Positions 57,038-64,000 of a stretch of 64,000 nt of DNA are shown in pieces. Numbering within the stretch: the first letter of the stretch is position 1; every line of letters begins with the position of its first letter. This DNA is from an uncultured Bdellovibrionales bacterium. Its GTDB lineage: Bacteria; Bdellovibrionota; UBA1018; CAIPTA01. The stretch covers positions 287,672-351,671 of the forward strand of contig CAZKBU010000003.1 of NCBI GenBank assembly GCA_964551325.1, written 5' to 3'. A model generated the notes under the pieces. That model worked only from the letters and a program-made list of their open reading frames with translations, made no database searches and was not told the DNA's origin. Both the position numbers and the translations under genes were made by a program.

Positions 57038-58183
57038 ATGGAACTATGGTTGGAATATCTACTTCGTTTCTCCCATCTGGTGGCGGGGATCGCCTGGATC
57101 GGGAGCTCCTTTTATTTCATCTGGCTCGACAGTAGCTTCGAACCGCCGGAGACGCCGCGTCGTAACGTCGAGGGTGAGCTCTTCATGGTCCACGGTGGTT
57201 TTTACTACCAGGTGGAGAAGAAAAAGATCTATCCCGGCGAACTTCCCCGGGTGCTGCATTGGTTCAAGTGGGAGGCGACTCTCACCTGGGTGACCGGGAT
57301 CGTGCTCCTGGCGGTGCTTTACTTCCTTAAAGGGGCGAGTCTTCTGATAGATCCGTCTGTGATGGCTCTCACCCAGGCCCAGGCGGTTACCCTGGCGCTG
57401 GGGCTCATCGCGGGTTGCTGGCTGGTCTATGATCTTCTCTGGAATCCACGGGTACCGAAGCCGCTGAGCACGGCCGTGTCGGTGGTTTTCTTCGCACTTC
57501 TGATTTGGGGCCTTACCCGCGTATTTAGCGGGCGCGGTGCTTTCATCATGACGGGAGCGATTTTCGGCAGTCTCATGTTGGCCAATGTGTGGATGAGAAT
57601 TCTCCCTGGGCAAGCAAAAATGCTGCGTGAAGCACAGGAGGGAAGAGTTCCCGATTACTCGGTGGGATTGAAGTCGAAAACCCGCTCCGTACACAACACC
57701 TACTTCACGTTTCCGGTGCTTTTCATCATGCTGAGCAACCATTACCCGCAGATCTACAACCACGCTTGGAACTGGCTTCTGTTGATCGTGCTTGCGGTGA
57801 GCGGCGCTCTCACACGCCATGCGATGGTCACGAAGCGGCCCTTAGAGCGATGGACCCTTTTCCCTGCGGCGATGGGACTTGCCGCGTTGGTATGGGCTTC
57901 GGGTCACACCGGATCTGCGTCCATGGGGGGCGGCGCTCGACCTACCTGGGCGGAAGTGGCGCCGGTAATCGAGAGGCGTTGTGCGTCTTGCCACAGCCTC
58001 CGGCCCACCGATGATGTATGGAAGGTGGCGCCTCTTGGCGCGATTTTCGATTCAGAGAATTCTTTGCGAGCGAAAGCAGAAAAAGTAATGCTTCAAGTGG
58101 TCACTGCCCGCACGATGCCTCTTGGCAATAAAACCGCGATGACCGACGAGGAGCGGGACCTAGTGCGTCGGTTCTTGGAATAG
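57038..58183 (+). CDS. candidate membrane cytochrome-c urate hydroxylase (PuuD-like: multi-TM DUF989-type domain + C-terminal haem-c domain)
   Basis: 381 aa; ~7-8 TM helices followed by a C-terminal soluble domain with CASCH haem-binding motif; divergently adjacent to xdhABC. Confidence 0.5.
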   Translation: MELWLEYLLRFSHLVAGIAWIGSSFYFIWLDSSFEPPETPRRNVEGELFMVHGGFYYQVEKKKIYPGELPRVLHWFKWEATLTWVTGIVLLAVLYFLKGASLLIDPSVMALTQAQAVTLALGLIAGCWLVYDLLWNPRVPKPLSTAVSVVFFALLIWGLTRVFSGRGAFIMTGAIFGSLMLANVWMRILPGQAKMLREAQEGRVPDYSVGLKSKTRSVHNTYFTFPVLFIMLSNHYPQIYNHAWNWLLLIVLAVSGALTRHAMVTKRPLERWTLFPAAMGLAALVWASGHTGSASMGGGARPTWAEVAPVIERRCASCHSLRPTDDVWKVAPLGAIFDSENSLRAKAEKVMLQVVTARTMPLGNKTAMTDEERDLVRRFLE

Positions 58184-58206
58184 ACGCGCGGGGCGGGCAA
58201 TAAGGA

Positions 58207-60084
58207 ATGACTTCAACCAACAAGCTCGATTTTTCCGTGTGGGCTGAAGTTTGGATTGGCCGCACGAAGTTTACGGTGTTCGGCCTTTTTTCGCTCGGCC
58301 TTCTTCTCCATTGGGTTCTAGGCGGAAAATTTCACTGGCTTGCCTTGTATTGTTCTCTGGGTTTCATGGCAGCTGCGTGGGGGAGCTGGCCCAGAGAGGG
58401 CGTGGCCACGTCAAAGTTTCTCCCGTGGGTTACTCTATGTTTGGTTTTGGTCGCGGGGGGAATCCACTTTGAAGATTTGGCCCAACGTCCGATCTGGAGT
58501 GACGAAGATTTGCAGGTGGGGCCGTTGTTATTTGGTGCTTCTGGAGTGGAGGCTGCCACAAACGTGATGCAACCGCCCCTGTTTCACGAAATTTCTGGAC
58601 TAAGCATGCGGTTGCTGGGGCCGTCTTCCTTTTCCGCAAGGCTAGTGTCTTGGTTTGCGGGCACAGTCAGTGTCGGCATAACGTGGTTGATCGCATTGTC
58701 TTTGGGGGCGCCTTGGTGGTTTGCGCTGTCGGCTGCTACCGCTGTTTTGGGCAATAATTTGTTGATTTCATATTCTCAAGAGGCGAAACCAATCGCATTA
58801 GGATTCTTGTTTTCTCTTTTTTTCCTTCACTCGCTGCTCTCTCGAAAGTCGGTGAAATCGTTTAGCGCAGCCAGTTCCACATTTGCCTTACAGGCGGCTA
58901 TTGGTTTCCAGGGGCCCATTCTGGCCGTTCTTCTGGGCGCGCTTCGCAGAAATAAGGGCGTTCTGATTGGTCTTCTGTGGAGTGCCCCATTTTTTTTGCA
59001 GATTGTCGGTGGTCCTCAAACACGAACCTTTGTAGAGCTTCTTTCACCGGCCGGACTGTTGGCGCGGTGGAATATGATGATCGAAGCGCTCAGTCGACAG
59101 ATTCCAGAAACGTATTCGGGATCTGAATATATTTTTCTTTATATTCTCGGCTTAGAGATGGCGCGATGGTTGGGTAGGCTGAAAATTCCTTCCTTACTCC
59201 CCGTAGTCATTACCCCTCTGTGCCTCTTGGTGGGGCACTTCCTTTTTGTGAACAATGTGTTCGCCTTACGCTATGGCATCGTGGTGATACCCGTTGCTGT
59301 GCTGTGGCTGGTGTATGCTCTTGCGCATAGTCGCTCTATGAAAATGACTGTGCTGCAGGGGATTGCCTCTGTTTGTCTGATTTTTTGGGGAGTAACTTCC
59401 TGGACATTAAAACGCGATAAAATTTATGAGTATCGGGGTCGTGAAACCATCCAATACGCAAACAGCCTTCAGTCGAAAGTGAAAAATCCTGTATTGGTGT
59501 TTCAATTCACTTTCAATCCACCGAAGTCCTCCGAGTCTACTGGGTTGCCGACCACTCGACTTTTGGATTCAAATGGTTTTCCGTCTTCGTTCAAGTATTT
59601 TGATCTATGGGAAACCAAGGAATATCAAAGTGAGATCATTGGGCGTTTGGCTAGGGAAAATCCCGATGCCCGCCGAGCGTTGATTCTTATGCCGCGATCA
59701 ATTTCAAAGGTTTCCCATGAGTTCTGGAGTACTAAAACTATCCCGGGTGTGAAAGTCGAGAATGTGGTGGTGCTCGACTCGCACATGCCCCGAGACGCCA
59801 CGGATCTGATTGATGTCACTTGGACCGGGGCGCCTACAGACGGTCTATCCCGACTCTTTCACAGCATGGACACCTTAATGGCGGATGAGCACCTAAAGCT
59901 CAACCTTCGATTGGTACTTGTGGCTTTAGCACTTAATTCGGGTGATTGCGGGACAGTGAGCAGGGAATGGCAAAGGCTTTTAGCGTTTCTCAAGTTTACC
60001 GGGCAGGATGGCCATCTCAGTATGCGTGTATTTAATACGGAGAGAGAGAAGTTGTGCAGGACGGGAGCCTTCGCGTCGCAGTAA
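58207..60084 (+). CDS. polytopic membrane protein, GT-C/ArnT-PMT-like (inferred)
   Basis: 625 aa; ~11 TM helices in the N-terminal two thirds, soluble C-terminal third; similar architecture to the two island-encoded proteins. Confidence 0.35.
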   Translation: MTSTNKLDFSVWAEVWIGRTKFTVFGLFSLGLLLHWVLGGKFHWLALYCSLGFMAAAWGSWPREGVATSKFLPWVTLCLVLVAGGIHFEDLAQRPIWSDEDLQVGPLLFGASGVEAATNVMQPPLFHEISGLSMRLLGPSSFSARLVSWFAGTVSVGITWLIALSLGAPWWFALSAATAVLGNNLLISYSQEAKPIALGFLFSLFFLHSLLSRKSVKSFSAASSTFALQAAIGFQGPILAVLLGALRRNKGVLIGLLWSAPFFLQIVGGPQTRTFVELLSPAGLLARWNMMIEALSRQIPETYSGSEYIFLYILGLEMARWLGRLKIPSLLPVVITPLCLLVGHFLFVNNVFALRYGIVVIPVAVLWLVYALAHSRSMKMTVLQGIASVCLIFWGVTSWTLKRDKIYEYRGRETIQYANSLQSKVKNPVLVFQFTFNPPKSSESTGLPTTRLLDSNGFPSSFKYFDLWETKEYQSEIIGRLARENPDARRALILMPRSISKVSHEFWSTKTIPGVKVENVVVLDSHMPRDATDLIDVTWTGAPTDGLSRLFHSMDTLMADEHLKLNLRLVLVALALNSGDCGTVSREWQRLLAFLKFTGQDGHLSMRVFNTEREKLCRTGAFASQ

Positions 60085-60097
60085 AATAAGACGAAGC

Positions 60098-63000
60098 TTA
60101 TTTCGAAAACACCCTAATTCGATTCACTCCGCCGTCGGGCCATGTCTCGAGTCTGATCTCGGATATTTCACCGGCATAATTCACGGGAATAATCTTGCGG
60201 TTGCCGGCAAAGGCTTTTACCGGTACTCGTCCGCCGGAAAGGTCTATCCAGCCCGTGGGTGTTCGCCCCCAGAGAGCCACTTCCACCGGGTTGTTGTTTA
60301 CAAAAAAGGTGAAGTCGAGCTCCACTTTTTTGATTCGGGCGGAGTGTTCAAGTGCGATCGTGACCTCTTCGTGATGTCCGGGAACTCGACTGCGGGCGCT
60401 CTCGAGTCCGTCGAACATGTGAATGGGCGGGAAGGGCGAGATTACCTGAGCTGCCGGCCCATAGTGCTCATTGGAAGCATGCACCACTCTGCTACCGGCG
60501 AACGGAATCGTGAGGGGCTTTTTCGCTTTGGGGATTGCGTCCGAATAGCGACCGAAGCCGGGGCTAAATCCTGGAGGTGGCTCACTCCACAGGCCGAGAC
60601 GGGTGAGGCCGCCATCGGGGCCGGCTTCCACTCGAATTTCTTGAAATTCTTCCGTGAGTGAATTCAGATCCACGCGGCAATAGCCGTGGCCCACAAGCTT
60701 CACGGCAGGGAGAAACTCCTTCCACGGATCTTTTGAAGACCGTCGACCCAGCAGTCGCGCCCATTCCATCTGATTCCCATCGTGGAAGCGGGTTGAAAGC
60801 TCCACAAATCGAACGCGGCCCGGGCGCAATAGGCGAAGCTCCAAATACTCTTGCCCTGTTTCGTTGTGCCGGGCTGTTTCCCAGCTATCCATGATTTTCC
60901 CTTGCCGTCCGAAGAGCTCTGGATCAAAAACCGGCTCGTGAGAACTCACCAGGTTTTCCGCGCGCGCGAATTTCTGGTTCGAGCAGCGCAAAACGAAGGC
61001 TCCCGCAGCGAGATTCGATGCGGCTGCTGCGCTCACCGGTCCCTTCACGAGAATTTCCTCCGGGAGGTCAGGCAAAAAGGCGTCGAAGAGAAGCTTCTTG
61101 TAGCCGAGATTCACGATTTGCTCTTGTGGTAAGCTGCTCGACTGAAAATCGTGAGTGAACTCTCCTACGCCCTGAATGCCGAGGGCGCGAATCAGGGTCT
61201 GGGCGACTTCCGCCACAAAAGGCACGGCTTCATTATCGCCTTCAGAAAAAATAACGAATCCTTTGCCACGGTCCGGGCCCGCAAAACAGTGAACATAGAT
61301 GGCCCGGTAGCCTTCGTTGGCACCCTGATGAATCATCAAGCGATTCGAGCCTGCTTCGGCCACAAAAACACCGAGGCCCATAAAGCATCCCATGAAATCC
61401 CGGCAGCCTCGGTCGGTTCCATGGAGCATCTGCACTGCTGTGTCGTGGGAGATTGGTCCCGCCCCGTTCACGCTATGATAGGCGTCTTCCAAAGACTGGA
61501 GGAAACGGGCCATTCCTCGAGCTGTGGCGTAGCCTCCGGCAGCGAAAGCGGGGAAACGCAGATGACCAGGTGCGAGCCCATCGATTTCGGAGGTGTCGAG
61601 GGTGATTTCGGGAAATGCTTGGAGAAATTCTTTCGTGGCCAGGGCCGCAGGCTTTCCCGTGTTTTTTTCCACAAGGTGTTGGAGCACTAAGTAGCCTCCA
61701 CCCGAGTAGTGAAACTCTCGTCCCGGCTTGGCGATGACCTTCACCGGATCGTAACCGTGTTTACCCTGGATAAGCTCTTCCACTGGAGGCACCGGCCCTG
61801 AAAATCCCTTCACATAGTGCATGGAAAGGGCGCTGTGGCTCATGAGGTGGGCCAAGGTTACTCCCTCCATGCCCGGAATTTCCTCCACTTTGCGATTCAC
61901 GTCGCGGAAAAGTTCACAGCAATAGGCGCTCGCCACGGTTTTACTGAGCGACGCAATTTGAAACTTCGAATTCGGCTGGGCACATCCGAGAGCAATTTCC
62001 TGCACATGACCGAGGTGAATAACGGCGAGGGAGGCGGCCCGGATTCCGTGTTTCTTGCGTACCACCTCAAGGCCTGAAAGTCCGCAGGCTTCGTGAATGC
62101 GTTTTCGTGAAATTTCCCAAAGTGCTTCGCGGGCGGCAGTAATCTCTTCGTTTCGAGAGCGGGATATTCGTGCTTGCAGAATTTTTAGGAGTTCCTCCCC
62201 GGTTTTTCCTTTCGCCGAAACGAGAAACTTGAAACCGAACTTTTTTCGATACTCATCTCCCAAGGAACAAAGAACGGCCTTTTCTGTTTTTACTTCCGCC
62301 TGCTCGCCTGCCGCCAGAGCGTCTAAAGTGCGGGAGGATTGACCGATATCGCCGTGAAAAGACGCGGCCTCCTGAATCTCCGCTTCGGAAAAACTCTTCA
62401 CGAGGCTTTCCGCAAAGGGCAGGTCCACAACCGCCCGGCGGGTCATTTCATCTGCAAATCGGCGGCACCCGCACACTTCAAACCAGTGATTCCATTTCTC
62501 CACCTTGGGGGGGAGACGGAACTTATCCGCGTCCAAACGGACGGCGGCGGCCCAGGGGTCGGAAGCATTGCGTACTTCATCTAGTGTGAACGGGAGGAGA
62601 AGTTCAGTGGCGAACTCCGCGGGTTCGGGATCGGTCATGAGCTGGAGCATGAGCCGCTGAGCGATTGGGTACCAGCGAGACGTGCGCTCATCCCATTTTA
62701 CTTGCACGATTTTCTTCTCATTCGAAAGATCGCGACGAATGAAATTCATCTCTTCGTGAACGATGCAAAGGAAATCTTCCAAGGAGAAGCGTCCGTGGCG
62801 AATCTCGTGCCAGACTTCCCATCGCGAACGCTCGGCAGTGGCCAGGTCGTCCATCACACGCACGGCTTCCCCTTCCACCACCGTAGGGAGAGCCACGCAC
62901 CCGTTTCCGCTCAACCAGTCCGTGAGGTACTGAAGTGACTGGAACACGTTGTAGCGGATTTCGTCTGGGTGATGATTGGGAATGAAATCGGACTCTTTGA

Positions 63001-64000
63001 TGTCGGCAACGATGAGCGATCGAACGTATTGGGGATCGTTCTTATCCAGGCCCTCGATATCGGGCCCGTCGATAAAATTAAAAAGATCGTGGTGGAACTC
63101 TTGAGGGAGGAGACCGCTCACCAGTTCCGTGAGTGGGCCGGGGTTGCCTTGGGAGCGCAGCTTCCAGGCTTCCACAAGCGCTAGCCCGATTCGCACGAAG
63201 TCGGGGTGCGCCACCCAGTAACCGGTGAGGTTGCGCTTCATCTGTGTCACTACGTCGCGGATAAAACCCTTGAGCGTTACATGTAGAGAGCGTTCTTTTC
63301 CGGTGATCGGAAGGATTCCATACATTCCCCCCACCTGAATTCCACCGCGGGAACCCACCGCATCGGCTAGAAGCAGATGGGAGGCTTTGATGTACTTGAT
63401 TACGATATCGGGATCGGCCTTCACAGGAATCCGATAGTGCGGCTCTTCTCGGAAAATGCGAGCCATGGACGCGAGATAGTCGTGCCAGCCAAGCGAAGCG
63501 CCGGCGAAATAAGGATAAAGTGCATCCATGATTTCGTGGGCACGAAGAATGGCCCGAGGGTTCTCCAACACGATCATGAGACGAACGGTGCCGAGCTTGT
63601 ATTCGGGATGAATTTTTTGGATGCGCGCTTCCGCCGCTCTGATCATCTTGGCTACGTAAGCAGCCTCTTCCTCGTTTTCGAGTTTCGGCACGTAGAACAC
63701 GAGGGCGCGCGGGTTATGCCAGTTACGGAAAAGATGAAGTGCGAAATCCCAGAGATGGAGGGGGATAGGGTTTTCTTTCCAGAATAGAAATGGCGCGGGC
63801 ATGGCGAGGCCCGGGAAGCGTTTGATCGGAAGGGATAGGTGGTCTTTGGCTAACTCATAGCTACGACCGTTCTCCTCCAAATGTAGGGAGCCATCGAAAC
63901 AACGGGAAAGATTCTCGGCCGCGTCGCAGAGATTTTGTCGGAGTGGAGTTTTTGAGTCTTCGTCGTCGGCTCCCCACATCGGCGAGGCACCTTTTTCGAG
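60098..64000 (-). CDS. multidomain purine-catabolism fusion protein: malate synthase - OHCU decarboxylase - serine beta-lactamase-like - allantoicase (x2 repeats); N-terminus runs off the window
   Basis: reading frame is open from Met at 63979 to the window edge, and the malate synthase core starts too early to be complete; malate synthase motifs FYVPKLENEEEA, ASLGWHDY, GGIQVGGMYGILP (~aa 1-475); OHCU decarboxylase HGDIGQ...FGFKFLVSAKGKTGEELL (~aa 480-630; 62090..62542); SxxK serine-hydrolase motif IASLSKT (~aa 640-945; 61145..62062); two allantoicase repeats with DSWETAR (~aa 960-1293; 60101..61102). Confidence 0.75.
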   Translation of the reverse strand, partial: LEKGASPMWGADDEDSKTPLRQNLCDAAENLSRCFDGSLHLEENGRSYELAKDHLSLPIKRFPGLAMPAPFLFWKENPIPLHLWDFALHLFRNWHNPRALVFYVPKLENEEEAAYVAKMIRAAEARIQKIHPEYKLGTVRLMIVLENPRAILRAHEIMDALYPYFAGASLGWHDYLASMARIFREEPHYRIPVKADPDIVIKYIKASHLLLADAVGSRGGIQVGGMYGILPITGKERSLHVTLKGFIRDVVTQMKRNLTGYWVAHPDFVRIGLALVEAWKLRSQGNPGPLTELVSGLLPQEFHHDLFNFIDGPDIEGLDKNDPQYVRSLIVADIKESDFIPNHHPDEIRYNVFQSLQYLTDWLSGNGCVALPTVVEGEAVRVMDDLATAERSRWEVWHEIRHGRFSLEDFLCIVHEEMNFIRRDLSNEKKIVQVKWDERTSRWYPIAQRLMLQLMTDPEPAEFATELLLPFTLDEVRNASDPWAAAVRLDADKFRLPPKVEKWNHWFEVCGCRRFADEMTRRAVVDLPFAESLVKSFSEAEIQEAASFHGDIGQSSRTLDALAAGEQAEVKTEKAVLCSLGDEYRKKFGFKFLVSAKGKTGEELLKILQARISRSRNEEITAAREALWEISRKRIHEACGLSGLEVVRKKHGIRAASLAVIHLGHVQEIALGCAQPNSKFQIASLSKTVASAYCCELFRDVNRKVEEIPGMEGVTLAHLMSHSALSMHYVKGFSGPVPPVEELIQGKHGYDPVKVIAKPGREFHYSGGGYLVLQHLVEKNTGKPAALATKEFLQAFPEITLDTSEIDGLAPGHLRFPAFAAGGYATARGMARFLQSLEDAYHSVNGAGPISHDTAVQMLHGTDRGCRDFMGCFMGLGVFVAEAGSNRLMIHQGANEGYRAIYVHCFAGPDRGKGFVIFSEGDNEAVPFVAEVAQTLIRALGIQGVGEFTHDFQSSSLPQEQIVNLGYKKLLFDAFLPDLPEEILVKGPVSAAAASNLAAGAFVLRCSNQKFARAENLVSSHEPVFDPELFGRQGKIMDSWETARHNETGQEYLELRLLRPGRVRFVELSTRFHDGNQMEWARLLGRRSSKDPWKEFLPAVKLVGHGYCRVDLNSLTEEFQEIRVEAGPDGGLTRLGLWSEPPPGFSPGFGRYSDAIPKAKKPLTIPFAGSRVVHASNEHYGPAAQVISPFPPIHMFDGLESARSRVPGHHEEVTIALEHSARIKKVELDFTFFVNNNPVEVALWGRTPTGWIDLSGGRVPVKAFAGNRKIIPVNYAGEISEIRLETWPDGGVNRIRVFSK

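Noticed and set aside
57059-57820. 253-aa minus-strand ORF
   Set aside because: Antisense to the PuuD-like membrane cytochrome gene; His/Arg-rich junk.
60008-60661. 217-aa plus-strand ORF
   Set aside because: Antisense to the allantoicase portion of the fusion gene.
1-64000. Scanned for CRISPR arrays, rRNA/tRNA genes, IS elements/transposases and integrases
   Set aside because: No regularly spaced short repeats, no tRNA-like cloverleaf candidates in the intergenic regions, and no transposase/integrase-like ORFs were seen; the low-GC island has no visible mobility genes.

Overview
This is a high-GC (~58-60%) bacterial chromosomal segment; abundant PilZ/GGDEF/FHA genes and many secreted hydrolases suggest a delta-proteobacterial or Bdellovibrio-like organism, but that is only an inference. 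There are no rRNA, tRNA or CRISPR loci; all gene calls rest on ORF structure plus motifs I recognise by eye.

Main blocks:
- **1.7-13.8 kb, 2-oxo-acid dehydrogenase operon:** E1alpha, E1beta, then five unrelated inserted genes, then lipA, E2, E3, lipB, sfsA, and a polyprenyl synthetase.
- **14.8-19.7 kb, low-GC island (~43-45% GC):** two GT-C-like polytopic membrane proteins and a TM-anchored SGNH/TPR hydrolase.
- **19.6-24.5 kb, c-di-GMP/FHA signalling cluster:** FHA-GGDEF, a 2xDUF4339 protein and two PilZ proteins; a DUF4339-PilZ fusion recurs at 33.9 kb.
- **24.7-35 kb, housekeeping:** OppA-like SBP, alaS, a secreted S1-like/beta-helix protein, recA, cinA, pgpA.
- **35-45.5 kb:** secreted proteins, cytochrome c, methyltransferases, a papain-like peptidase, mscL and metH.
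- **45.7-49.3 kb:** three tandem paralogues of a secreted Cys-rich protein family with a conserved HEARHSDGNG (HExxH) motif.
- **49.3-64 kb, purine catabolism cluster:** adenine deaminase, xdhCBA, and a candidate membrane cytochrome-c urate hydroxylase. It ends in a >1293-aa protein, truncated at the window edge, that fuses malate synthase, OHCU decarboxylase, a serine beta-lactamase-like domain and allantoicase.

The fusion protein is the most striking object in the window. Its beta-lactamase-like domain sits exactly where an allantoinase would be expected.
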